DNA from: Malacoraja senta
Taxonomy: Eukaryota
Assembly: GCA_038087875.1 (NCBI GenBank)
Contig: CM075996.1
Span: forward strand, 5,148,001-5,212,000
Length of the DNA stretch: 64,000 nt
Direction: 5' to 3'
Shown here piece by piece: positions 37,001 through 52,000 of this stretch. How positions within the stretch are numbered: the first letter of the stretch is position 1; every line of letters starts with the position of its first letter. A program made the translations under genes and the position numbers. The notes beneath the pieces were generated by a model, which did no database searches, had not been told where the DNA came from, and saw only the letters and a list, made by a program, of their open reading frames with translations.

Positions 37001-40000
37001 TTATTCCTTCTCAGTCCATCTGGTTTTTTTTGTCCATTTTTCAGTTTTCGTCTTATTTATTGGCTTAGCACCCATTCTGGTTCAATTCTATTTTTTTCTG
37101 AGAAGTGTTTTGTATTCAAGGCACATTATGCAAATTGCTATTGCTGGAGAAAAAAAGATTACTGAGACACTACTGAGTCAATTAAGAGTTGACGTTGTAT
37201 ACTCAGGGAGGCAATTTTCCCTCAGTATTCAGTACTTGTATTTTATTATTTCACTAGTGATGCACAATGGATCAAAGGTTTCATCAAAGGTTTATAGGTC
37301 AGGTACAGATGTTGAGCAGAGCATCCTCCATTCTAAGTCAAGAACATCCCTCTTGAGGCATCAGCATTGCTTTCACAATGAAGTCTCCAAATGACACTGC
37401 TACTTAGAACTGAAACTGGGATGTGTTCTCAGAGTCAAATCTGAAATCATTAAAAGTCACGGAGACGCTAAAAAGGCTCAGCATTTTGCTTATTACTTTG
37501 TGTATTTTGATCTGTCTGTTTTTTGTTTGCAGAAGCCATCTTTCAGAGCAGAAAGGGAAGTAGTTACCATTCCCAGGGGAGAGAGAAAAAAGGCTTTTGT
37601 TTATAAAGTTCTGGAATCAAATGTTAACTGGAGAAAGCACTGTGATGGAGCCACAAGTTATTCCACATATAGCAGGGAGACATTATTTATATTCTGTGCA
37701 CATAATTATCTATGTGATTAATTCCAGCATTCAAAAAGATGTGATTAGGAGACTGTACTTGAATGGGAAAATAAAAATACATCTACTAATAAAAACAGCT
37801 CTGGTCTTCACTCTTGGCTGCAGAACTGCATTATAGCCAACAATGTTTATGACTATTCTAAGCGACTTTGAGTCCTGAAAAGCGCTATATAAATAAAATC
37901 TATTATTATTATTATTATTATTCTGAAGAAATATTTGACAAGAGGAATCTATTACAAATACATTCCCTGCCGTAATCTACCCAATAATAACACCACTTTA
38001 AAAATCAAATCCATCTGATCTGTTACTCACCATATTCCACAACATTAAATCATTGTTTTTAATTGAATTGCCATAACTATGATCAGGTCCCTTCTGTACT
38101 TCATTAGTTTATTTTTTGAAAGGATAGCCCTAGTCACACCTTCTCTTCCCTGCACACTCACTCTGTTAAAAACAACACTGTTAAAATGTCCCCCAAATCT
38201 TTTGCATGTGTCTAAAGCTCGTGTACCAAATCTTGTTTTGAAATCTAAATATAACACAACAATTTCTACTAATTTATCTTGAATATGCCAAACTTTATGA
38301 CCCATAGTGGCATGAAATTATTTCAACACCTTGATTTCTCAAAAGCTTACCATGGATGATTCAATTATTTGCAGTGCAACTGGTGATACTTTCAATGGCT
38401 CCTTTTCTTCTTCCCTCGCTTCTTCTTCCTCCTCCTCCTCTCCTTCGTCTTCTTCTTCTTCATCATCATCATCATCATCATCATCATCGTCGTCATCTTC
38501 CTCCTCATCCTCTTCCTCATCATCTTCATCTCCGTCTCCGTCACTTTCATCGTCACTTACGAGAAAAACAAAACGTATGCGTTGCCGATTACGAAATACT
38601 CAGGAATCCGAGTCCAGGAATGAGTGGGTTAACATATGATGAGCGTTTTGACGGCACTGGGTCTCCACTCTCTGGAGTATAGAAGGATGAGGGGGGGACC
38701 TCATTGAAAGTTACCAAATATTGAAAGGCCTAGATAGAGTGGATGTGGAGAGTTTGTTTCCACTAGTGGGTGTGTCTACGATCAAAGGTCATAGCCTCAG
38801 AATTAAAGGACATTCTTTTAGGAAGCAGATGAGGAGGAATTTCTTCAGTCAGAGGGTGGTGAACCTGTGGAATTTGTTGCCATGGAATGCTGTGGAGGCC
38901 AAGTCAATGGATATTTTTAAGGCAGAGATAGATTATTGATTCGTATGGGTGTCAAGGGTTATGGGGAGAAGGCAGGAGAATGGGGTTAGGAGGGAAATAT
39001 AGATCAGCCATGATTGAATGGCGGAGTAGACTTGATGGGCCAAATCGCCTATTTCTGCTCCTATCACATGAATTTATGAACTTATGAAATAGGATCATCA
39101 TATAGGGCAGAAATGTATGATTTACAGTTGTGATAGAGATTATATTCCCTAGATAGGATTTGTTTTCAAAGAGATGGTGAGAATGAAAGGAAAGCAATTA
39201 AACACTGTTCTTGAATCTACAGAGTTGGTTCTGAACTTACCTGAGAGAAGTCAGCAAATCTTGCTTCTTAAAATTGTCCATAATTTCCCGCAACTGGTCA
39301 CAGCCTTCCTCTCCAAGACAATTTCCTGGATAGACAAAATTAACTTTATTGCTAGCTTCAAAACAATGTGCCTTGAAAAACACACGGACAAGTACAGCAA
39401 GCCCTTCTTCATATGTTCCTTTATTATTTTTGGCCCCCAATTTACACATTGTCTCATGGGTAACTGATGGATGGTGCTGTTGAGCTTGCTACCATTGAGA
39501 AATCTCTTTGGGAGAATATGGTTAACAAAAGAGGGAAGACAGCACCTTCCATCAGTTCCAAGAGAATATGACGAGAATGACAATAGACTTTGAGCAGGCT
39601 AAATCCAAAATAATTAATAATGGAGAAAGAACCCACTCACCTTATTTTGAATTGGAGAAGGTTGGGATCACACTTTAAGATTAGAAAACACACACACACA
39701 AACATACCATTTAGATCAAGTTTTTCCAGCAGAGATTTATCTTCCATAGCCTCAGCCACTGTGATTGCAGCATTCTTCCGGATCTCACCAAATGAAAGAT
39801 TCAATTCCTACAGATACATGCAGTCAAATAAATGACAGCGAGGATGAAAGAAATAAAAAATCGATTATTGAAGAAAGATGGAAAGCCAAAAGTATCCAGA
39901 TTCAGTTCCCAATTCTACAACAGACTTCCAAGCTGATCTCACACAAGATGCTAGTCAAATATTAATATTGGCAACAAAGGGAGAGATAGGATAACATAGA

Positions 40001-43000
40001 ACTAGTGTGAATGGGTCAGCACAGACTCGGTGGGCCAAAGAGCCTGTTTCCATATTGTATCTCTAAACTAATCTAAAACTAAGACAAATGGAAGTTTCTG
40101 CTTCCCAATACAAACCAGTGATACTGGCTGAAGGCAAAAATGGGTGGGCAGGATCAAATTTAATTGTAAAATCTCACTGCCTGAACTCAACTATCATAAT
40201 AAAGAGGAGCGTCCCTAAATATTAGTCAGATTTCCATCCAACAGAGGCAAAGGGTTTTTAACATCCTCCTGCAACACCAATGTAGACATCAATGTCTCCA
40301 TTTAATAACCCGTCTATTGAATACAGACTGTATTTGGAGTCTTTGGGCATTCATTTTTCCACCTACATGCCCACGTTCTGACCTGTACCAGTGCGGTTCA
40401 TCCATCACCCTCGGACTCATCAACCTAGAATTGATCCCTGTTAAGCACACTCTCTATTTAAAATACAAAATCTTACCAGTCATTCCATCTCCTTATCTGC
40501 CTTCTTTACAATCCCACAACTCTCCCTTCTCACCACCCCCGATATTAGCCACCTGCCAATAGTGGGCATGACTTCAGTTAACCAAGTCCCTAGCTATGGA
40601 AGTCCTTCCCAAAATTTCTCCTCCAATCCAGGTTTTTTTCTTTAAGGAACACGATGAACACCAAGCTTTTGTTTCTCCACCCCAGTATTTTTCACGTATT
40701 GAAGCCAAATTTTGTTTCGCGACTTTCCCGCGGCACATGTTGGGATGTTTTACTGTTATAAGCACTCTAAGTTGTGTTTGCTGTCAGCTAATACATTCCA
40801 GTTAAATGAGGAGATTGCACACATAGGAATGCAGCAAGACAGGGACAGAAAAAATATTAATTAGCTCTTAACCATTCATTGGATGGTGGCTAATAACCAA
40901 TCCACACATTTGCCTTTGAGAACAAAACAATCAATCTTGGAATGAAAATTAATGTCAAATGTAATTTAGCAAATTCCAAATTTCTATCAAGCTCTACATA
41001 GTCGAAATATTTGTCGAATTCACTTCGGAAAGTGGCTGCAATTTCAACATTTCATTTCCAGATTTAGCAGAAGTCTCTTTCTACATCAGTTGCCTGAAAT
41101 TTTTTTTTTTAATAACATCTTGATAACTTTGTTAAATTCACCCAGCCTTCTAACTTGCACGAATACTACCTTGGTAAGTCTTCAACTCAACTGTCAGGCT
41201 GAGGCACTAGATATAGGTGTCGATTTTCCTCCCCCCCCCCCAATTATGTTTAAAACAACATTGAAGTATTTGCTTGCCCTCCCTTTCTCTTCCTGTTTGT
41301 GCAATTCCTGGCAGAGGCATGCAATTCAACAATTTAACATATCCCCATGGAGTGCCAACTATTAACAATGTTAATGATGTTGAGAGGGAGGGATGTACAA
41401 CATACACTTTGCCCAAGCACTAATATTACAAATCAAGATTGATAAATTCTTGCAGCAAGTCTGCACCATCACAATTATTATAATTTATATATTAATTAAT
41501 TTAATTCAAAGAACTACCAGCCATTTAACAGAATCGTCCCGAGCTTCTACAAGAATCAATAATACAAAACACCATTTTTTTTTAGATTGCTCTCTCCTTT
41601 CTATTAAATTATTGCACCAGTTCTCAACATTAATTACAACAACTTACATTTAATTTATGCTTGTACTCCAATTAACTTCTCCAAACAGTTGTCAGGACAA
41701 CAGGTTGGCAAACACGTAAAAGGGAAAAGTTTTAAGAGAAAGAGCGGGGTTGCACAACTAGGTTTGAAGGTGATTTCAGAGATTCCCACTAAAAGGCAGC
41801 ACTGGAGCAGTTGGCATTGATTCAGCTCCATATGGATTTGGGCAGGTTGAAGATAAGGAGAAAATGAAAAAAAAATCTTCCAAAGTTTTAAAAAGCAAAC
41901 CTTTAATTTCTTTAAGCCATGTTTTACAGCTTCAGCAATGGCTATAGCTCCTTTTGATCGCACCAGGCAATCTCCAAAATTTAGAACTTCAATGTTTTGT
42001 AGAGTCTTCAGTGTCTAAATACATGAGAAAAAATATATATTTAAACAGCAATCAAGTCAGGGAAGTACTAACTGAGATTTAATGTGAAATGGCTGCTAGT
42101 ATTGGCAAATGTGTAATGTTTCTAACATTGTGGCAAAGGGTAAAATAAAAAAATGTTGCTGCCTCAGCCTCTTACCTCAGCCATAGCAATAGCTCCTTCT
42201 TCAGTGAAGGTGTTGTCATTAAGGTTTATAACCCTCAGGTTTGGGTTTTCAGTAAAGGCCTTCGCTAATGCTGTAATGCCTTGGTGGTTTATTCCATTCT
42301 GCGTCATGTGTACCTCCTCCAGGGTTCCTATGGACTAAACAAAATTTATTTGGATAATCTATAAGCGTGATCTATAAAAAATAAAGCAAAAAACAAAGAG
42401 TGGCCAATTTTGCTGTTATCCCCCTCGAAAAGCCAATGCCTAGATGTAAAGAGATTATATTTGAAGACACTGAAGAAATTATTTTACGCACTTTAAGTAA
42501 TTGTCTGTTTTCAAGGGGGAAATTGCTGAGCAAAGCAAAGGTGGAGACACAAAGACTTTCAAATTATCATCTGCAATCTCATAGTCTTAAATTTATTTTT
42601 CTAAAACAGTAGAGAGAAAGGAACGTAGTCAGCCAGCCTAACTGATAGGGGAAAACCTTAGGTGAATTTAATAAAAGATGAATTTGCATTGTGAAAAACA
42701 AATAAATGAATGGCAGCCAATTTATATTTTACTTCGGAGTCACGTGAGTGACTACGTGTAGAAGACCCCATCCAGCCGCACACGCGTCATTATCGATCAG
42801 ACGCATAGCGTTCATGACCGTATGTGGAGGAGCAGGAGCTCCTCCAGGCGGTGAGTAAAAGCAAATTTAAAGTAAAAATCGGATAAGGTAAGTGGTTTCG
42901 TTTTCACTTACAGGGCACTTTTCTTCCCGCTCAGATGTGTTGGCAGAGTCCACACAACTCAGAATGGAGAAAGGGCGTAGAGGAAGGAGAGGCCAGGGAC

Positions 43001-46000
43001 GCACCGCGGGTAAAACCCCCGATGCTAAGGGTAGCGGGCGTCAGGAAGAGGAGGCAGTGGCATCAAAGCCATCTACTCCCGTTACGGTCGAATATGCCGT
43101 TAAACCGGCGGCGGCGGGGCGCAAGGCAGGACAAAAGTCGGCCCGACCTGTAGACTCGGATGAGTCAGACCCGGAGGTATACCCTCCTGAAGCAGAAAAT
43201 GTTATGGCTGCAAGGGTCGCCAGTTTAGAGCTCCTGATGGGGAAAATGATTTACAAAGAACCCCCACAGGAGGAAGCAGGTCGGTGTTGGCCAATGGAGG
43301 ATACAGCACAGGGTGTGCCTTGGTTGGGACAGGCACAAGGGTGGCCTACAGGAGAGCCATCAGAAATGACTGTGCAAAGTTATTACAGTGGTTGGCCTAC
43401 AGAAGAGCCAGTGCCCGAAATGCCTGAAAAAAGGCAGTATATGTGCTGGCCTACTGAAGAGCCAGTACCAGGAATGTCTCAAAAAAGACAGTACAAACGT
43501 ACTTATGTGCCAGCACCGAAAGTTCCTAAAGGGAAAATTATGAAGCGTTGGTCTTTCAAACTAATCAAGCCAGAAATTTAAATTGAGTTAAATAGGTTGA
43601 TTAAGTTAGTGCCTGTATGTAATGCAGAGCTGTTTGATAAAGTGCCATCACAAATTGCCAAGCATAATTGAAGTTCATGACATTGTAGGATCAGCAATTG
43701 GCTATCGTGAAAGAACCAGTGCAACATGAAGCTCAATAGTTTCATGCATTGGTGCTGTTTTAGATTATGTTCACGACTCTTGATAACACTGGATAAACTA
43801 AAACCATAGTTTTCACCATAGATATTAGGGCACTAAGGCAATACACTAGTCTTGAATGGACTTGTCTTCCCTTTAGCTGATAAATCTTGAAAACATAGAT
43901 CAATACCTAATTAATTGACAGGAAGAATACTACAATAATAATAATAATAATATTTTATTTATATAGCGCTTTTCAGGACTCAAAGTCGCTTTACATTGAG
44001 AGTCAAGAATAAACAAAACAAAATAGAGCAGTAAGACAGAGATGCAAAGGGGAGGGGAACATGGGACTAAGGGTATGCAGAGGTGAAGAGATGGGTCTTG
44101 AGGCGGGACTGGAAGATGGTGAGGGACTCAGAATTTCGGATCAGTTGTGGGAGGGAATTCCAGAGCCTGGGAGCTGCCCTGGAGAAGGCTCTGCCTCCAA
44201 AAGTGCAGAGGTTTGATTTTGGAGTGGAGAGGAGACCAGCTGATGTGGATCTGAGGGACCGTGAGGGTTGGTAGGGGGAGAGGAGGTCAGTGAGATAAGG
44301 GGGGGGGGGGGCAAGTGGTTGAGGGCTTTGTAGGTGAGGACCAGGATTTTGCAGATGATCCGGTGGGAAATGGGAAGCCAGTGGAGTTCTTTGAGAACTG
44401 GGGTGATGTGGTGCCAGGATTTGGTGTGGGTAATGAGTCGGGCGGCTGCATTCTGGACCAGTTGGAGTCGATTGATGGTGCTGGAATTGATGCCAAAGAG
44501 ATTACAATGCTCCACAACAGTGTCATTACTCCCGATGAAGAAGCAGAAAAGCGCACATTATTAAAATTCTGTACCTTAAAAGCACCAGCCAGTGCTATGG
44601 CACCTTCATTCTCCAGACGATTTCTCCCAGCAATGAAAACTTTCAGTGCCATTGGCTTTCCCAATGCACTTGACTGTATGCGACACTCACTGAGTGCCTC
44701 TGCAAGAATCTGCAGAAACAGAAAACCAATTTTGATAAATATATCAGAAAATATTACAGTGGAACCACAGAAAAACAACAACATTGGAGACGATCTAGTC
44801 CATTTTATCTGTTGCAGCTAAAATCGAGCACTCCAACTTAATTTCATCTCCAAGATTTGTGCTGCAGGTCTTGACTTTCAAGCACATATCCAAGTATTGT
44901 TTAAATTGGATGAGGATTTATGGCTCCAGCATCATTTTAGAAAGTGAGATACAAACCCCTAACAATTATCTGGGTAGATAACCCCCCCCCCATTTTTCTG
45001 CTGATATTTTTTACTAACTATGTGAAAACTATTTGTGTTTTTTGACCTTTGAAGGGTAAATTTGTTGATCTGTTGGGGCGGTAGGCAAATTAGCAGGGGT
45101 CCAGGTTGTTGGGTAGTGAGGAGCAGATTATGTCCTTTACTAGCTTCTCAAAGCATTCGTTGATGGGTGTCAATGCTATGGGTCGGCAGTCGTTGAGAGT
45201 GGTGGGTTTGATGTGCTTGGGTATCAATCGTCTGCACTGAGCCCACTATGTTATAAAGAAAACAATTCAATACTCCCCAGCCATAATTTGCCTGTCCTGG
45301 CAATAGCTTTGTAACCAGACAATAGACAGATAGAATAGGTCAATGATCCAGAGCATTGCAGAAATATGTCAGAGAGTAAGCCATTTGAATGTACTCAGTC
45401 TGTTTAACAGAGTTGTAATACCACACAAGACCATTTTCCCTGCCATGTCCAAACTAGCAATCCACTCTACTATCCTCTCACCATACTCCTGCAAAATCTA
45501 TCCTTTCAGATATTTATCTAGCTCTTCTTTTGACATTACAATTGAATCTGCCTTCACTACTGCACTAACTGTGCAGTCAACGCTGTAACCTCTTGTTGTG
45601 CAAAAAAGGGTCCCTCACGATAGTTTTGATTCTTTTGCCAATCACCTTTATTCTTTACCCTCTAGTTCTCGACTCATCCACCAATGGCAACTTTTTCGCT
45701 GTATACTTGTCTATATCCTGCATGGATTTTAAACAACTCGATTAAATTCTCTCAAAATCCTATCAGGAATAAGCCCAATTTCTCTATTTTATCCTCATTA
45801 CTAAATGCCCCACGGACCATGGCAGAAATTTAAATCAATTATTTTGGTAGATCTCCTTTGCATCATCTCCAGATTATTTGCGAAGCGCAACACCTAGAAC
45901 TGGACACATAATTTGAGCTGAACCAATGTATTATAAAGGTTCATCGTGACTTCTTCACACTTGTACGTGCATTTTACAGTGAAAGGGATGGAGATATTTC

Positions 46001-49000
46001 ACATCAAGCTGTGAAAATTGGGCCCTGTGAACACATTAATATATTTTAAACAAAGCTTGGGGATTCCATTATGCACAGCCCCAGTCTAAAAAAAAAGTCA
46101 GTACTAGATTCCTTTTATTTAGCCATTTATCACCCTTTTTTATTTCACAGGCATTAACCTTGGTGATGAACCTATTTTGTGACGTTATCAAACCTCTTTT
46201 GAACCATGGCAAAAAAAAAGTACTCATCCCAAAAACAAAAATCAAATTTGTTAGTCATTTGTCTTTATAATCCATGACGATCTACTCTGATTAATCCAAT
46301 CAAGTCCAAATGACAGCTCATTCCATCTCTGATAACTAATGAACCACAACTTCTCTTGATTTGTCACTAGGGTCACTTTTACACTCAGAAGACTAGCTGC
46401 CATGTACAATTTAGAGCATTAACATATACTTGCACTATCTGCTTGAAGATAAGGAATATCATTAGTCTCGATTTTTTTTTACAAATATAAATTGTGTATC
46501 CCAAGTCAATGTCACCGTACTGTTAACTGTGGGGCAGGTATAGGTTGACTTTCCAATTTCTCCAAGAAAGAAGGTGGAATGCTTGATTGCTCTACGTTTC
46601 ACATCAACAATTTCAATCCAAACTTTAAAAATGTTGGCCAGTGCTTTCATTTATAACATCTGGAAGTGTGCTTTCATTTAATAATATCTGAATCAACTGT
46701 TCATTAATTAACATTCATTAATGTTAGTCAACAACAAAAAAGTTAATATATAACACAGCCCACTGTGTGCATCAAGCTTAATATTTAGGTGCTATAACTT
46801 ACCCTATTGTGGAAATCTAACTAGGAATCAGAGTCAAAACTGAAAAGCTACTCGAGTTTCTGGATGTGCAAGTTGGATAGTAACTCATGTTAGAAAGTAG
46901 AAACTTGGAGCTTTAAACAAGGACAGCTTCGCAACTTAGAAGTCTGTCAAAGTCATCTGGGCTCAAACATTAATAAATGCTTAGATCAATTTGGACAGAA
47001 ACTAGTTGAATAATTTGAATGTCATGAAAACCTCTAGTAAATACCTGGCCACCGCCGATTCCCATGCCACAGTTATTCAGTCGTAGCTCCTGTAATGTGT
47101 AACACGCTTTGCTCTTCAGCAAGGTTTCAATGCTCCGGACTCCATCAGGCCCAAATGCATTGTCACTTAAGTCCAGCTGTGTCAGCTGGGCTCCCGCACT
47201 CATTACTGCATTGCCGAGGGATATCTTTAGAGAATTAATACAAAAAATATATATATTTTAAGTTAAAATGTTCCAGTATATATCCAGTTGCCCATTTGTG
47301 ATATGACTCGGTTTGTTTGTTCCTCCTCCCCTTTCCCCTCCACTCACCCTCATGAGAACAAAAATCACACCAAGCCCAGCCTGCCAGACTTGGGTATAGA
47401 TAACAACATACTCAAAATAATATTGATATTTGAGCTCCTTTAATGTGTCTATGGAAATACATACTCAAATAGAATCAAACAGTTAAGAAACAAGGGGGAA
47501 CTAGATAAAATATGTCAATGTCTTTAATTGACCTATGTTGTGTATCAAGTAATGGTCAGGAATGGCAAAGCAATAGTAGACAGAAAATAGAGTACAAAGA
47601 TGAAGAGTAGAAAATAAGAAATTTGGGGGGGGGGGGGGCAAAGATGATCTTCATGTTTTGCACTACCAGTGCAGAGTTTCAAAGAATGCATTTAAAAAAA
47701 AAGCAACTATAGGGATACAATTTGCTGAAGGAACTCAGTAGGTTGTGCAGCATCTGTGGAGAGAAAGGGACAGTTGACATTTCAGGTTGGGACCTTGTCC
47801 TGACCCATAATGCCAACTGTCCATTTTCCTCCATGGATGATACTCAGCCTGCTAAGTTCCTCCAGTAGATGGTTTACTGATCCAGATTCTAGCATCTACA
47901 GTAAGTGTCTCCCATACAGATACAAAACATTGTGAGAAAATGTACCATTATTGCCAGGAACACTATAAATATTTCAACCCAGAATACAAAACAGTTGTTA
48001 TTTTGATGAAAAACACTTTCGACTGAAAAAACTCAGCAATCCAAACTTCAAGGGTGTAAACAAGCTTATTGGGATTAGGATCTCTGCAGAATTAGCCAAT
48101 GAGTTAAAAAAATGAAAAAAGTTTAACCACTTAATAACATGCATTCACTCCGAATCTAGTTGTGCTTCCCACTGTCCCACAATCTTAAACCCCATCAGCT
48201 TCTGTCCACAAATGATCATTGACCTTAATAACGTGGATTTCAGATAAGTTATTCTTACCAAAGCGGGTGGAATTTCAGTCCGTAGGCGTCCTGTGAACAT
48301 ATCACTCCAGAGGCATTTCTGAGAGAAGGGAAGGGTAGGAAGTGTGATTAGATAATTTACCAAATGGTAACCATCAAGATTCTATTTACTGAAATAAAAA
48401 TTGAACAAAGCAATAAAGCAATTTTGCCAGCTGCGGCATCAAAATTATACAATATTGTAGGATTATTTTCCACCCACCCCAAATGCTCTTGAGAAGATGT
48501 CAGCGAGCCATCTCTTGAATCACTGCAGTTTTTGGTTTTAGAAATACAGCACGGAAACAGGCCCTTCGGTCCACCGAGTCCGCATCGACTCGCACATTAA
48601 CACTACCCTGCACAAACTAGGGACAATGTTTTACATACACGTGGCCAATTAACCTACAAGCCTGTCTTTGAGTGTGGGAGGAAACCGAAGATCTCGGAGA
48701 AAACCCATGTGGTCACGGGGAGAACGTACAGACAGCACCCATAATCGGGATCAAACCCGTGTCTCCTGCGCTGCAAGTGCTGTGAGGCAGCAACTCTACC
48801 ACTGTGCCACCATAGTTCTTGTACTACATAGTGGATATCATACAAAGAGTTTTAGTGGTCATATTTAGCAAATAATTTTGCATGCTCGTTGCAAACATTC
48901 TGAGAATTTTTGCACATCCCCAAACCCTAGGCCCAATTTTGGAGAAAATCCACAAATATGTTTTTTGTCCTACTTTCAATGACCATTTAAAATCGATGAC

Positions 49001-52000
49001 CCCCTATCACTAACTACCCCACCACTCGCTACCTCGCGCACTAACGAAAATGTGGCACTTTAATGCCTTTCACTATTTCAAAAGCCTCAATAAAATTTCC
49101 AGCTTTGGTCAACATCTGTTCCAAATGGATAACCTTGGAAGTTAATCTATAAGATATATACAAAGAATTTAGACACCAGCATGAACTATTTTATAAGAAA
49201 GCTCTGAACAAGAATGCTATGACCACGGAGGACAGTCAATATACAACTGCTCGCTTATGCTAAAGTTAAATCAAAAAGGAATTATGGTAAACTTTACAAG
49301 TGGTCGTTAGTTGTTGATTGCACCGACTCGCCCTCCAGTCCACACCCCACAATGCTGTAATGACAAATTTTACTGTATCTTATACCTAACCAAAAGAAAG
49401 TCCTAGACATGTTTGGTACTCTATTCTAACCCAACCAGTCTATCTTAGCTGGGCTACTGTAGTGAGGTACTGTTTGAACATATGAGTGAAAGAGCAGGAG
49501 TTTGTTTTAGCTGCTTTTATGCTCCTTCATTCGATGGCAAAATAATGTCTCAGCATTATTACTCTATCAATGGCTCAAATGCAAATGGAAAATCACTAGA
49601 GTTCAATTATCATGCTATTACATATGCATATGGTTGGCAATCTTGTTTGGAGAAAAAAATATACAAATACTTTCATTTGGAAAAAGACCTTGGATTAATG
49701 AAGGATTCCATATTTTCAGTTGGCTTAGTGGATCATCATCAATAAACCTAAATTTTATACTTTTCAGAATAATGTAGCATGAGTTTTCACAATAAAACAT
49801 CTCAGTGAACTGTGGGACCAGATAATCTTTTGGGTCAGAGAAGAGATCACCAGAAATAATATCTTCCAATTATGAAAAGACTTACTGCCTTTTCAAGAAA
49901 CATCGCCGATAACAATTGCATCCTCAACAGCATAAATAACAGAATCACCTCTGAATGTAATGTTCAAATACTCAGTGGGGTTTACATCCACAGCTAACTC
50001 AGAGAAATGAATGTCCCTATCACTGAAGCTTGCTGAGCAGTTACAAAATAGCTGGTCAGCTAAATGAATGGAATATTCTTCTGAAATTGTGATATGGAGG
50101 AAGAGAAAAAGAAACTCAAGAAGAACCTTTAACACAATGGAATGTCAAATTAAATCAATCCTTGTCAGGAGACAAACAATACTAGAACAGAAGACAAAAT
50201 CTTGGTTAGAGGGACAGTTGATAAGGAGTTGATACAGGAAGAATGAAAGATAGGAACCATGAAGAAGGATGGAGAGGATAACAAAGGCCATGTGATTAAA
50301 TCCAGCCTCAATCTAGAATTCGGTAGTTTCAGCATAACGAGATTTGGGATGGGGCAGACAGGACTGTGGAGGGCTTTGAAAACAAGTATACAATCGATAA
50401 AAATGAGGCATTGTTTAAACAAGAAGGATTAATGATTTGTTGAGAGTTCAAATGCGGCCATGCCCCAATTATCTACAGTACATCGTATTAGACTAGCCTT
50501 TTGCAATGAGGTGTGATACAAATTCACTCCCCGAGCTCTTTGCAAATCTGTTTTCTAACACAAAAAGTTTTAGCACAGCAGCTGAAGCTGACCAACGTTC
50601 TGAAAGCTTATTGATCAATAGAAGTACAAGTTTTCTTCAGTCAAGAGAAAAATTTCTGACCCATGAGGAATAGAACCATCCTGTAGTAAGGACTGATGAA
50701 CAAAAGAGAAAGACAAGGCCCCCACTGATTTAATTAAGTCCTGCCATCCACCTGATGTGATCAATGTAATCATCACAGAGATGATGTAATTAGCAAAAAA
50801 GACAACATAAAAATTAGGAAAAAAAGGGGCGCAAGGAGTTAGAAAGACACAGAATTCACCCCTCAGCCACTGTCATTGATGGACAACTTGTTTGCCTGCA
50901 AATTATTGGTATATTTTGCTAGCACTGTGACAATTGTATTTATTTTGGAAATCTTTTGAGAGTAAAATATCTGGTGAAGAGGTCATTAAAAAAAGAAATC
51001 AGAAAATTGTGTGTGTGTGTCGATGGGCTGATTAGTAAGTTTGCAGACAATACAACAATTGGCAGAGATGTGAGGGTTGTCAAAATATTCAGCGGAATAT
51101 AGAACAGTTGGTAATATGTACAGAGAAATGACAGACAACTGTTAGGATCCTGGGAGGTCTAATGCAAGAGGAGAGTATACAGTATATGGCAGGACCCTTA
51201 GGAGCATTGATGTACAGAGGGATATTGGGGAACAAGTCCATACTTCTTTGGAAGTGGCAACACACCTAGATAAGTTGGGAAAGGCAGCCTATAGCATACA
51301 TCAGAAGCGAGGGGGGGTTAAGCATAAATGTCAGGAAACGCAATTTTGTTTGGCCTTTAACTAGTGCAACATAACTAGGTACCGTGCGAAGATATGGTTA
51401 TGGCTTGGTTTAATAGACTTGACCTTTGGTACTGATTGACCTTTGGTACTGAAAATTAGATTGACCTTTGGTACTGAAAATTAGGATGAAGCCATAAATG
51501 TAACATCCATACCTGCAATTCCTTTTTATCAGCAAGGCTTTTAGCAATGGCCTTAGCGGCTTCCACACCAATTGTATTGCCTTCCAGGCAGAGCGCTTGT
51601 AGATCATCGAATTTCTCAATCTCTTCAATAATCTCAGCCGCTGAAAAAAATGCATGAGCAAAGCAGAGGTTACAGAAACAATGAAAGGCATTATACAGGT
51701 GAAAATATCAAAAGGTTACATTTATTGATATTTCTCCATAAATTACTGTTCACAGCATGCATTTGATCTCTGTTGTAAGCTGATTGAAAGAATCACTATA
51801 TGAAATAGCAAAATACTTCCACGAGAAATAATTAAAAATACATGTTTTAACAAAGGATCTGACATCTGAACAGGAAACTGTTTCTCATTCGGAGTAATGC
51901 ATTTAGTTTTGGTCACCATATTATAGGAAAGATGATGTTGAGCTGGAAAGAGTGCAGAGAAGATTTACATGGATATTAAAAGACTTGAATCAGGGGCCAC

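Noticed and set aside
38331..38682. Plus-strand poly-Ser and poly-His ORFs
   Set aside because: Antisense readings of the RANGAP1 acidic exon.
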